The notes under the pieces: generated by a model
Told to the model about the DNA's origin: nothing
Database searches by the model: none
The model's input: the letters and a program-made list of their open reading frames with translations, nothing else
Made by a program: the position numbers and the translations under genes
In this document: positions 36,381 to 45,605 of the stretch, piece after piece
Numbering within the stretch: the stretch's first letter is position 1
Layout: the number at the start of each line of letters is the position of its first letter
Assembly: GCA_026415615.1 (NCBI GenBank)
Contig: JAOAGT010000002.1
Span: forward strand, 448,545-512,544
Origin: Thermoleophilia bacterium
GTDB lineage: Bacteria > Actinomycetota > Thermoleophilia > RBG-16-64-13
Reading direction: 5' to 3'
Length of the DNA: 64,000 nucleotides

Positions 36381-37895
36381 TTAAAGCAGTAGGGATCTAG
36401 TCGGAAACTGGGGATCGCTGGTGGCGTTTAGACCGAGTCTGCGCAAGCCCGCCTCATCGCCTGCTGTGGGCATGTGAGTGGTATGAAACTCGCAGCCGGC
36501 GAGTTCTCTTAGGTGTCCCATGGCCAGCTGAGCTGCGGGATTGGTAGCCGCGCTTATCCCCAGAGCTATTAACGTTTCGTCGAGATCCAAACTTACGGAG
36601 TTCATCCGCAGGATGTCTTTTTTCATGTTGGCTATTGATTCAAGGACGTTGGGGGTAAGCAGAGGCAACTCGTCCGGAATATGGGAAAGATACTTGACGG
36701 CGTTCAGCACGGCTGCGGACGCGGCGTGCATCAAAGGAGAGTTCTTGCCGGTGACAATATGGCCGTCTGAAAGTTCGATGGCGGCGCCGCAGTATATCCC
36801 GTTGTTGCCCTTGCCTTTAGCTTCTGCCTCTTGAGCTGCCTGCCTTGCGGGCTGCACGACGCTGCGCTGACTCTCGTCAAGCCCAAGCTCTTTCATAAGA
36901 AGCAAGGCGCGCTCGGCATCTTCTTTTTCCACCAAACCCAGCGCATATTCGCATGCATAGCGGAAATAGCGACGGATAACCTCCTGCTCGGCGGCTCGGC
37001 ACACTACCTCCTCGTCAACAATGGCGAAACCGGCCCGGTTGACTCCCATATCCGTTGGAGAGCGGTATAAGGTTGGGGCGCCTATGCGCTCGAGGATCCG
37101 AGCCAGCAACGGGAAAGCCTCTATATCTCGATTGTAGTTCACGGCTTGCACCCCATAGGCCGCCAAGTGGAAGGGGTCGATCTGGTTGACGTCCCGTAGC
37201 TCCACCGTGGCGGCCTCATAAGCGACGTTTACTGGATGCTTAAGGGGAAGATTCCATATTGGAAAAGTTTCAAACTTGGCATACCCTGCTTTGTTCCCCC
37301 TGAGATTTTCGTGGTAAAGCTGCGAGAGACATGTGGCCAACTTGCCGCTGCCAGGGCCGGGTCCCACTACTACCACCACCGGGCGCTCGGTCGGAATGTA
37401 GCTGTTGGCCCCATACCCTTCCTCGCTCACGATCCGGTCCACGTCGGTTGGGTAGCCGCGAGTAGAAGCGTGGGTATACACGGGAATGCCACGGCGCTCA
37501 AGCCGAGACTTGAAAATCCGGGCCGAAGGCTGTCCGTCAAAACGTGTGATGACAACCGCACGAACCAACAATCCCCAGTCTTGTAGATCGTCAATGAGTT
37601 TAAGAGCGTCCAGATCGTAAGGAATGCCGAAATCCGCCCGTATCTTGCGACGTTCGATCGCTCCTGCGTAGATGCAAACGATGATCTCAGCCTGGTCTCG
37701 CAACAGCTGAAGCAGCCGGACTTTCACGTTTGGGTCGTAGCCGGGTAACACCCGCGCCGCGTGGTAGTCATAGGCCACCTTCCCCCCAAATTCAAGATAC
37801 AGTCGCCCCCCGGTCCGCTCGGCTCTCTCGATTATGGCTCGGCTCTGTTCCTCCAGATACTTCTCGTTATCAAAACCGATCTTCTTTTGCGCCAA
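36381..37895 (-). CDS. UPF0371 (DUF1846) family protein
   Basis: The 504-aa protein matches the UPF0371 pattern end to end (KIGFDNEKYLEEQSRAIIER...). TTG start after GGGGAGA. Confidence 0.85.
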   Translation of the reverse strand: MAQKKIGFDNEKYLEEQSRAIIERAERTGGRLYLEFGGKVAYDYHAARVLPGYDPNVKVRLLQLLRDQAEIIVCIYAGAIERRKIRADFGIPYDLDALKLIDDLQDWGLLVRAVVITRFDGQPSARIFKSRLERRGIPVYTHASTRGYPTDVDRIVSEEGYGANSYIPTERPVVVVVGPGPGSGKLATCLSQLYHENLRGNKAGYAKFETFPIWNLPLKHPVNVAYEAATVELRDVNQIDPFHLAAYGVQAVNYNRDIEAFPLLARILERIGAPTLYRSPTDMGVNRAGFAIVDEEVVCRAAEQEVIRRYFRYACEYALGLVEKEDAERALLLMKELGLDESQRSVVQPARQAAQEAEAKGKGNNGIYCGAAIELSDGHIVTGKNSPLMHAASAAVLNAVKYLSHIPDELPLLTPNVLESIANMKKDILRMNSVSLDLDETLIALGISAATNPAAQLAMGHLRELAGCEFHTTHMPTAGDEAGLRRLGLNATSDPQFPTRSLLL

Positions 37896-37928
37896 GGCTG
37901 TCTCCCCGTGCTCCTTTCCGCTCTGTCT

Positions 37929-38783
37929 TTAGAGGTCTTCTCGCCAGTTCCAGTCCCGGCCTCCTTTGAAAACATTGGCGTTCATCTCATTGCTGAGGTG
38001 CACAAGGTTGGCTTCGGGGAAACGCTCAGCCATAGCGTAGTAGAACCCTGCCACAGTGTCGTGTCTGGCAAGCTCTTCTTCGGTTGCGATTAAGTACTCG
38101 CGTGTGAAGTCGAGGGAGCTACGATCAAAAGGCATGCCAGGCTTCTGGTGCCCCGGAATGATTATCTCGGCACCCATCTTTTCTATCTTGTCGATTTCCT
38201 CTATCCACTGCTTGCGCTCTTCGGCGGTAAGCTCGCAGGTGAACGGGTGCGCCTGGTTGAAAAGCACGTCGCTCGCATAGAGCGTCTTCATGCAGGGAAT
38301 CCACACCATGGTGTTGTACTTCATGTCGCCCATAACGCGCGGGATGATCTCGATCCGTTCGCCTTCAAGCTCTAGGTAGTCTTGCTCAAGCGGCTCCACC
38401 GGGACGGTCTGCCGACACACGTTGTGGGAACCGATGATGCTTTCCCAGTGCTCGATCTTGCCGAAGAACTGCTTGTTTATGATGTTTGCCTCCGACGGAA
38501 CAGCAACAACTCTAGCTTTGGGGAAAGCTGCGGCTATGGTGCCTGCGCCAAAGTAGTGGTCTGGGTGGGCGTGGGTGAGATAGATTGTATGCAGGTTCTT
38601 GCCTGTCTCGAGAATCTCCGCAATAACTCTGTAAGCGTTGGAAAGAGTCCACTGGGCGTCGATTAGGATGGCGTCCCTCTCGCCCATTATGATAACCGAG
38701 GCAACTTCAAAGCCCTTCTCATCGCTGAATAGCACCTTGGCTGTGAGGGGGCTGGTGGCGACTCCGGCGTGTCTAATCTCCAT
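37929..38783 (-). CDS. MBL-fold metallo-hydrolase
   Basis: THAHPDHYFG (HxHxDH). AAGGAGGA RBS. Confidence 0.85.
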   Translation of the reverse strand: MEIRHAGVATSPLTAKVLFSDEKGFEVASVIIMGERDAILIDAQWTLSNAYRVIAEILETGKNLHTIYLTHAHPDHYFGAGTIAAAFPKARVVAVPSEANIINKQFFGKIEHWESIIGSHNVCRQTVPVEPLEQDYLELEGERIEIIPRVMGDMKYNTMVWIPCMKTLYASDVLFNQAHPFTCELTAEERKQWIEEIDKIEKMGAEIIIPGHQKPGMPFDRSSLDFTREYLIATEEELARHDTVAGFYYAMAERFPEANLVHLSNEMNANVFKGGRDWNWREDL

Positions 38784-38855
38784 CGCGTGATCCTCCTTGA
38801 CTAGTGTTTCTCTCCGTTCTCACGTTCGGCGCGTGCTTAGTGTAGGGGTTACTTT

Positions 38856-39818
38856 TTAGACCGCTTCAATAGTGGAAGGCGGCTTGGGAGCAATGTTGTA
38901 CGTCACGCTGACCACTCCAGGCACTTCCTGCACGATCTCTCGAGCCAGGCGCTCAAGAACATCAAATGGCAGGCGGGTGGGAGTGGCCGTGCGGGCATCT
39001 ACACTGTCCCAACACCTCACTTCGATTTGCTGACCAAACTCCCGTTTGCCGTTGCGCATGCCCGTGACCCGATCCTCGTGCAGAATAGCCAGGTACTGGA
39101 ATGCTCCGTACCCGGAGAGCATGCGCTCTACAATCTCGGTGGCTTGGCGAACGGTCTCTATTCGCTCGGGTGTGACCTCGCCAATAACTCGGGCAGCTAG
39201 AGCGGGACCTGGGAAGGGAATGCGTTCGAAAACTTCGGGTGGTAACCCAAGAGCTTCCCCGACCTTGCGCACCCCGTCCTTGCGCAGTTGGACCAGGGGC
39301 TCAATGATTTTGTATCCAAAAGCGGCTTCAGGGTCTATGCCAAGCTGCTCAAAAACGTTGTGTTGGCGTTTTATACCAGCCGCCGTTTCTTCCACGTCGG
39401 TTAGAATTGTGCCCTGCAGGAGGAACCTCGCTCCGCTTTCGCGCACGATGCGTCCAAATACGTCCCGGTAGAACGTTTGCGTGATGGCCTCGCGCTTGGC
39501 CTCGGGATCCGTAACGCCGCGCAGGGCATTGAAAAACTCCTCTCGGGCATCGACGAGCTCTACAGGTATGCCAAGATCTCGGAACAGGCCAACCACTTGC
39601 TCGGGCTCCCCGGCCCGCATGAGTCCGTTGTTAATGAAGACTGTGCGCAGCCGGTCTCCCAAGGCTCGATGACCTAGCATGGTCACGGTTGAGGAGTCAA
39701 CCCCTCCAGACAGGGCGTTGATGGCATGTCCGTCGCCAACCAGCTCCCTTATTTCTCTAACCTTTTCGTCGATAAAACGCTGTGGATCGAGCTCCGACGC
39801 CGGAATTTCCTTGATCAT
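38856..39818 (-). CDS. GMP synthase-type ATP pyrophosphatase plus dimerisation domain, stand-alone with no glutamine amidotransferase adjacent
   Basis: ALSGGVDSST is the PP-loop. The C-terminal ...NIAPKPPSTIE resembles the GuaA tail. I moved the start to MIKEIP, preceded by AAAGGAGA. The track uses TTG at 39884. Confidence 0.7.
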   Translation of the reverse strand: MIKEIPASELDPQRFIDEKVREIRELVGDGHAINALSGGVDSSTVTMLGHRALGDRLRTVFINNGLMRAGEPEQVVGLFRDLGIPVELVDAREEFFNALRGVTDPEAKREAITQTFYRDVFGRIVRESGARFLLQGTILTDVEETAAGIKRQHNVFEQLGIDPEAAFGYKIIEPLVQLRKDGVRKVGEALGLPPEVFERIPFPGPALAARVIGEVTPERIETVRQATEIVERMLSGYGAFQYLAILHEDRVTGMRNGKREFGQQIEVRCWDSVDARTATPTRLPFDVLERLAREIVQEVPGVVSVTYNIAPKPPSTIEAV

Positions 39819-40143
39819 CCAGTTGTCTCCTTTAGCCTTCACATATGTGGTCTTGCGATCGGCCAAACCATAGGTCCTGATCAAGCTTCCATTATCCAGG
39901 ATTGGCTAGCTGTTTGAAGGCTCTTTTGTGACCGTAGTTGATCATCCAGTTAACGCGGGCGTACACTAGGCAAAGACCAGCCTGCGAAGGTGCAGAGCAA
40001 TCCAAGCGGTCTGCCGTGTCGAGCTCTTCTTGTCGTCTTGAGCTCTTCTATTGCCTGCCGGCGCGTAAGAATATCGACCGGCTGGTAGGGTTCCCGTAGT
40101 AAGATGGCCGGAGCTAAAAACACCGAAAGGAAGGTTCCAAGAG

Positions 40144-40554
40144 ATGCCGGTTGATGTAATTACCGCTGACACCCTCAACAAAGAGACCATTAAAGAAGCA
40201 CTGGACCCAGACTTTCCCAACGTCTTTGTTGACGAAGACGGGGATTTGGGGGTGAGGGACCTTTGCATCTGCTACCTGCTTCCGAACGTGGAGCAGAAGA
40301 GGCTGAGACTGCTCACTCTTTGGCATTTTAGGAAAGAGGTAGGGGAGCTCGAGAAGTATCTTTGCGCAAACCGCATAAATGTAGACTATGCCATCGTGCG
40401 GGCGGCTGTGGTGGGGAATAACCTTGCCATGACATACGATGTTTCTTTGGAGGGAGACGGAATATCTCGTCGGTCTCTGGTTCTTTTGATAAAGCGTTTC
40501 TGCTCTGCAGCCCTGGCTTCTGCCATGGAGTATGGGCAAGGTCTGCTTTCCTGA
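40144..40554 (+). CDS. hypothetical protein, possibly a YbjN-like (T3SS-chaperone-like fold) domain
   Basis: 136 aa with AAAGGAAGG RBS. The family assignment is by weak pattern only. Confidence 0.35.
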   Translation: MPVDVITADTLNKETIKEALDPDFPNVFVDEDGDLGVRDLCICYLLPNVEQKRLRLLTLWHFRKEVGELEKYLCANRINVDYAIVRAAVVGNNLAMTYDVSLEGDGISRRSLVLLIKRFCSAALASAMEYGQGLLS

Positions 40555-40650
40555 GATAGACAGAGGGAAAGAGCTCATCTGGCCGGGTATAAGAGCCCGA
40601 GGGAGGTTTGAAAAGAAAGGGCGCTGCGTAGCCAAGAGAGCGGCGCCGGC

Positions 40651-40689
40651 AAAGAGGAGCGGCCCGCCGATGGCGGGCCGCTCCTCTTT
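40651..40689. terminator. bidirectional terminator hairpin between convergent genes
   Basis: AAAGAGGAGCGGCCCGCC-GAT-GGCGGGCCGCTCCTCTTT. A-tract on one side, T-tract on the other. Confidence 0.7.
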
Positions 40690-40735
40690 GGTCTTAAGCC
40701 TTTTCCCGAGCCTCGGGACCGAAGGCTCCAGAGTT

Positions 40736-41587
40736 CTACTTGCTAAGCACAATGTCGCCCAGGTTGACAGACGTGAAAGTCCTTGCCTCTAGCACCTGGT
40801 CCTTGTAACCAGCCATTGAAACCGTGAGCTTGTACTTGGTATTGGCTGGCAGCCCGTCGAACTCAAAATCGCCGAAGCCGTCGGTGACTTTGGTTTGCTT
40901 GGCGCCAGTCGGATTCCCGTCCACATCAAGCTCCTCAAGCGTCACCGTCGCTCCCTTGGCGCACTCATCGGTGTCGCCAAGGACTACGCACCCGGCTATG
41001 AAGCTCTTGGGCAACCCGATATAGCGGACCTTCTCTTTTAGACCAAATTCGGGATGAAGCACCTCGGTCTGGCTTGAGGCAAGCAGTTTCGAGATGGCGC
41101 TGTTTGGATCATCCAGGTCGCCAAAGACAAGAGCTCCGGTGGGGCATGCCTCCACGCAGCGAGGCTCCTTCCACCCAGCATCCAGAAGGTGGGCACAGAA
41201 CGTGCATTTCTGGGGTAGCTGGGACTCCTCGTTCCAGAAGATCACCCTGTACGGGCAACGGTTAACGAGTTCCTTTTGGCCCTTGGCCTTGACGGGATCA
41301 ATGATCACTATGCCGTCGTCACGCTTGTAGACGGCGCCATCTCGCGAAGCCGCCACACAGGGGGCGTCATCGCAGTGCATGCAAGGGATGGCCGTATAGT
41401 CAACCTTGACCTTGGGGTACTGGCCCCGCTGGGTCTCAATGACGTTCATCCAAGTCTGCCCGGTCAGAGGCTGGGCCGCCGCATACGGGCTGTGATCATT
41501 GCCGCAATGCTCGTCCTTGCAGGCAATGAAGCAGTTGTAGCACCCAATACAGTGGGCGACGTCGATCACCATTCCGTACCTGGTCAT
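40736..41587 (-). CDS. molybdoenzyme small (beta) subunit: 3x[4Fe-4S] ferredoxin domain plus C-terminal Ig-like beta-barrel (BthL-like)
   Basis: CIGCYNCFIACKDEHC, CMHCDDAPCVAA and CTFCAHLLDAGWKEPRCVEACP, then a beta-sandwich tail. Immediately downstream of the alpha subunit, separated by 1 nt. Confidence 0.7.
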   Translation of the reverse strand: MTRYGMVIDVAHCIGCYNCFIACKDEHCGNDHSPYAAAQPLTGQTWMNVIETQRGQYPKVKVDYTAIPCMHCDDAPCVAASRDGAVYKRDDGIVIIDPVKAKGQKELVNRCPYRVIFWNEESQLPQKCTFCAHLLDAGWKEPRCVEACPTGALVFGDLDDPNSAISKLLASSQTEVLHPEFGLKEKVRYIGLPKSFIAGCVVLGDTDECAKGATVTLEELDVDGNPTGAKQTKVTDGFGDFEFDGLPANTKYKLTVSMAGYKDQVLEARTFTSVNLGDIVLSK

Positions 41588-41588
41588 C

Positions 41589-44093
41589 TTAGGCCTCCCA
41601 TCTGGTTATCTCGATCAAGCACGAGTTGGGTGCCATGCCCGGTGCATTCTTAGAGAGCAGTCTCGCCGGCGTGAGCAGGTTGACGCATCCGCCTCTGTCA
41701 ATGGCGCCAGGCTTACCGGGCTCCAGCGGGTCGTACTTGGCCGATCCTTCATATGAGTGAACAACGCCAGGCCGAACTCTCTCGGTAACTTCGGCGGCGC
41801 ACAGCACCGCAGCGCGGTCGTTAAACAGCTTCACGATGTCACCGTTCTTGATGCCTCTGGCCTCAGCGTCCCGCGGATGGATGCGCACGATCCAGTAGTC
41901 GTAGCCGTTCTTGCGCATCCGGTGGATGGGGATCTCTGACAGCCACGGCACATGGGTGTCGTGGTGAGTATGGAAGCTAAACCGCGGATGCGGGGATATG
42001 AGCTGCAACGGGTACTTCTTGGCTAGCTCAGAGGTATGCCCCTCCCAGCTTGGGATGTACTTGGGCATTGGCGCCCGCTCAGTGTCATCCGGGGTATGCG
42101 CCAGCAAGCTTTGCGACACGAACTCGATCTTACCGCTGTAGGTGCCAAGCTCGTGCGCCTTCTCGGTGCCGCGCTTGGGATTGGCAAAGTCAGGCGTGTC
42201 GCAAGGTCTGCCCTCGTAGAACCACCGCAGGGCTGGAGTGGGCTTGTAGTTCTCGATCTGCGGGACCACAAAGTAGCCCTTGCGCTTGAACTCCTCGAAG
42301 GATATGTACTTGGGCAGATCCGAGGCGTAGAACATCTTCTCGATCCACTCCTCGATGGTCTTGCCTTCGGTGTAATCCTCGAGGAAGCCAAGGCGTTCAG
42401 CAAGTCCGCAGAAGATGTCCCAGTCAGAACGTGACTCACCAAGCGGCTCGATGCACTTCTGCTGGTAAATAATGACGCGGTGGTTGCAGCTACCAGAAGC
42501 GTGGAGGGAGTATCCGCCCGAGCTTGCCCACTCGCTAATGTCGTTGCGCTCCAAGTTGGTGCACGCCGGCAGAATGACGTCAGCAAAGCGAGTCTCCGTG
42601 GACCACCAGCAGTCCTGGTTGACCACAAACTCCAACTTCGGGCTCTGATACATCCGGACCCAGCGGTTGGTCTCGGTCATAGTGGCGATGAATGCGCCCC
42701 CATACCGATAGAACATCTTCACCTCAGAGTGTCCCGGCAGCGGGTACACAAATTTGGTGAACTGCTGTTCGAGCGATCCGCCGCAGAAGCCCTCGCCCAT
42801 CCATTCGATGTGCCCATCAAGGATTGCTTCCGGCACAAGCAAGCGGTACACGCGCTGCTTAACCGGGTTAATCGCCTTCTTCTCAGCGATGAGGTTAAAC
42901 CCGCCGCTGGCGTATCCCGGGAAGTCAAGCTCGTAGTTGTACGGCGGCCCGTTAGTGGTGCCCCATATGCTGACTCCGGGCTTGCCCAAGCCTTGCATAG
43001 CTTGCAGGAAGACCAGCATCCGGTCGTGCTCGGTAGCGTAGGCTTGACGGCAGTGACCACCCTCGCCGCCTTTGGTGCCGCCTGCCAGGCAAGTGCGGTT
43101 GGCGGCCCACTCGCGAGCCAACGCAACGATGGTGCGGGCCTCGACTCCGGTGATCTCAGCTGCCCATCTGGGGTCCTTAGGTACGCCGTCTTCTTCGCCG
43201 AGCACATACTTCTTGAACTCATCAAAGCCAATAGTGCGATTGGCGATGTAGTCCTTGTCGTAAGTGCCCTCGGTAAGCCAGACATAGGCGATGCCCAGAG
43301 CCAACGCTCCCGTGGTGCCGGGCCGGTAAGCGATCCACTTATCTCCTACCGCAGCGCCGGTGTAGTTGTAGAACGGGTCGATGATAATCTGCCGAATGCC
43401 CTTTTCTTTGAACCAATAACGCCAGAGTGCGGACTCATTACCCCCGTAGATGCCGTGGGTGGAGTCGGCGTCGTTTCCCCAGTGGATAATGAGCGTGGTA
43501 TGCCTCAGTGTTTCCTCGAGCATGTCGTAATGCTCGGGGTTGCCGAGGCGCCAGTAGAAGCCCCAGGCGTGTGTGGCTCCCCAGTGCCAGCCTTCCCAGC
43601 TGTCTGGGTTGTCCAGGATGTCGGTAAAGCCGAGCATGTTGAAGAAGCGAGCCCACGCCCCGGTGCGATAGCCCAGGTTACCCCAGTTGTGATGCGAGGA
43701 AGCGCGGGACATGATGGCTTCGGGACCATAGGTCTCCCGAATCCGCTTCATCTCATTCGCAACTAGGTCCAGCGCCTCGTCCCAGCTGATCCTCACATAT
43801 CCGGACTTGCCCCGGTTTTGGGGATTGCGCTCACCGTTTGGATCGAAGTCAACCCGCTTCATGGGGTAGAGGATCCGGTCCTCAGAGTAGACGCGGGCTT
43901 TTTCCGTCAAGGTGAAAGGCGCAACACAGGCTTTACGTGGAGGCGTGTACTTCTTGCCTTCAACATCGATTACCCAAGACGGGGCGTCCGTCTCGTCAAA
44001 GACGAGCGGACGCACCCGTACTATCTTTCCATCCTTGACATGGACTCGGATTGGGCCGCCGGCAGTGCAGTTAATAAATGTCTGCTCCGACAT
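41589..44093 (-). CDS. molybdopterin (bis-PGD) oxidoreductase large subunit, pyrogallol-hydroxytransferase (AthL)-like; no N-terminal Fe-S motif, no Tat signal
   Basis: 834 aa. The N-terminus GGPIRVHVKDGKIVRVRPL...PSW...YTPPRK...YPMKRVDFDPNGERNPQNRG...SHHNWGN...DSWEGWHWG follows the transhydroxylase-family pattern. The Cys cluster of other DMSO-reductase-family enzymes is absent. AGGAGGG RBS. Confidence 0.7.
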   Translation of the reverse strand: MSEQTFINCTAGGPIRVHVKDGKIVRVRPLVFDETDAPSWVIDVEGKKYTPPRKACVAPFTLTEKARVYSEDRILYPMKRVDFDPNGERNPQNRGKSGYVRISWDEALDLVANEMKRIRETYGPEAIMSRASSHHNWGNLGYRTGAWARFFNMLGFTDILDNPDSWEGWHWGATHAWGFYWRLGNPEHYDMLEETLRHTTLIIHWGNDADSTHGIYGGNESALWRYWFKEKGIRQIIIDPFYNYTGAAVGDKWIAYRPGTTGALALGIAYVWLTEGTYDKDYIANRTIGFDEFKKYVLGEEDGVPKDPRWAAEITGVEARTIVALAREWAANRTCLAGGTKGGEGGHCRQAYATEHDRMLVFLQAMQGLGKPGVSIWGTTNGPPYNYELDFPGYASGGFNLIAEKKAINPVKQRVYRLLVPEAILDGHIEWMGEGFCGGSLEQQFTKFVYPLPGHSEVKMFYRYGGAFIATMTETNRWVRMYQSPKLEFVVNQDCWWSTETRFADVILPACTNLERNDISEWASSGGYSLHASGSCNHRVIIYQQKCIEPLGESRSDWDIFCGLAERLGFLEDYTEGKTIEEWIEKMFYASDLPKYISFEEFKRKGYFVVPQIENYKPTPALRWFYEGRPCDTPDFANPKRGTEKAHELGTYSGKIEFVSQSLLAHTPDDTERAPMPKYIPSWEGHTSELAKKYPLQLISPHPRFSFHTHHDTHVPWLSEIPIHRMRKNGYDYWIVRIHPRDAEARGIKNGDIVKLFNDRAAVLCAAEVTERVRPGVVHSYEGSAKYDPLEPGKPGAIDRGGCVNLLTPARLLSKNAPGMAPNSCLIEITRWEA

Positions 44094-44107
44094 GCGCTAT
44101 AGCCCTC

Positions 44108-45331
44108 CTAGTCGACTGGTGCTGCGTTCAGCAAGGCCATGTCCGTCGTTGCAAATCCATGCAGGAAGCTGTAGACGTCCCTTAGATGCTTGCTGAAGGG
44201 CACGTCGTCATCAGTTGTACCGTATCCGCCGAAGATGCCGCACGCGTGGTTGACAAACTCCACGCCGATTTGGTCGACAAAGGCCTTGACCAGCATTCCG
44301 ATCTTCGGATTGTAGTCGTGCTTTGTCTGGTACGACCAGGCACCCTTCCAGAGCAGCGCCCGAGCCGCCTCAAGCTTGGCCTGCATGTCGGCGATCTTCA
44401 TGGCGACATGGTGATGCTGAATGATGGGCTTTCCGCCCTGCACCCGCTTCTTAGCGTAGTCCAGAGCCTCTTCATAAATTGCCCTCACCGTGCCCAGGTT
44501 GGCAGCAGCGCCCAGGAGCCCAAACGGCGGTGGAACTCCTTGCGGGGTCTTGGACCAGTCTTTCTGCGGGCCTCCCCACTCGCCTTCGGTTCCCCAAGCC
44601 TCGCCTTCCTTACCTACGAGGTAGCGGGCCGGAATCCGAGCGTTCTCGAAAACTAGCTCAGCGTTGGCAAGCAGCCTCCTACCCAACTTGTTGTGGAACC
44701 GGCCGATCCGCAACCCTGGGGTGTCGTGCGGCACGAGGAAGCAGCTCAGGCTGGTGGAGATGGGGCCCTTCCTGTCGGTACGGGCATACAGGAAATAAAG
44801 CTTGGCGATGCCGCCGCAGGAAATGTAATGCTTAGTGCCGTTAATAATGTATTCGTCGCCTACTCTTTCGGCATAGGTTTGAATTGAGGCTCCCGGCTCG
44901 TCGTAGAGGAAGTGAGAGTCGGTTCCCGCCTCCGGCTCGGACCGCGCCAGACCCAGGAGGAAGGTGTCGTCTTCCAGGAACTTTGGCAACCACTCGTCGC
45001 GCTGTTCAGGTGTGAGCTCCCCGACAAGTCGTGGAGACTCGGTGTAGCAGCCGCGGATGATGGTGGCAAAGCCCTGGTCTGCCACTCCCAGTTCCTCGAG
45101 GACGATGCAGAGAGTAAGGTAATCCGCGCCTCCGCCTCCCCACTTCTCAGGGATGGCAAGAGTACGAAGACCAAGCTGCGAAGCCTTCTTGATCAGGTCC
45201 CACGGGACACAGTCAATCGGGTTCGGCCGCCGGTCGTACTCCATGGCCACGGGCTTCACCTCGTTCTCGGCGAAATCCCGCACCATGTCGCGGATCATCT
45301 GTTGTTCTTCGGTTAGATAAAAATCAACCAT
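44108..45331 (-). CDS. acyl-CoA dehydrogenase family protein
   Basis: ACAD N-terminal, middle and C-terminal domains are present (LTEEQQMIRDMVRDFAENEV..., YIINGTKHYIS, FGGYG). GGAAGGAGGA RBS. Confidence 0.85.
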   Translation of the reverse strand: MVDFYLTEEQQMIRDMVRDFAENEVKPVAMEYDRRPNPIDCVPWDLIKKASQLGLRTLAIPEKWGGGGADYLTLCIVLEELGVADQGFATIIRGCYTESPRLVGELTPEQRDEWLPKFLEDDTFLLGLARSEPEAGTDSHFLYDEPGASIQTYAERVGDEYIINGTKHYISCGGIAKLYFLYARTDRKGPISTSLSCFLVPHDTPGLRIGRFHNKLGRRLLANAELVFENARIPARYLVGKEGEAWGTEGEWGGPQKDWSKTPQGVPPPFGLLGAAANLGTVRAIYEEALDYAKKRVQGGKPIIQHHHVAMKIADMQAKLEAARALLWKGAWSYQTKHDYNPKIGMLVKAFVDQIGVEFVNHACGIFGGYGTTDDDVPFSKHLRDVYSFLHGFATTDMALLNAAPVD

Positions 45332-45605
45332 GCAATTCCTATCCTCCTTCCAGCACCGAGAGGCTGCCGCCGACGTTGGCTAGATCACCGGAGGTCCGGT
45401 GGTTGCTGTAGCTGAAGACCAGCCCAGCAACTAGCTCCATCATAGTACTTGTTGTTGCTGCGCGGGCCGTTTTAAGTCAACTTGTCATGACTTGGCCAAA
45501 CTATTACGGGAAGGTATGAATCCGGACCGCTGCCAGAGCTAGACGAATCTGGACTGCCGTCAGCACCAGATCAAGGTGGAATGTTGCCGCCACGAGACAC
45601 TCGGG

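Noticed and set aside
42480-43766. Long antisense ORFs inside well-supported genes. Examples are 42480-43766 (+) in the Mo-enzyme gene, 14488-15285 (+) in the AOR gene, 56486-57730 (-) in ftsH and 47414-48268 (-) in etfA
   Set aside because: High GC suppresses stop codons on the antisense strand. These frames have Arg/Ala/Pro-rich biased composition, no RBS and no recognisable domains, while the sense genes have clear family signatures.
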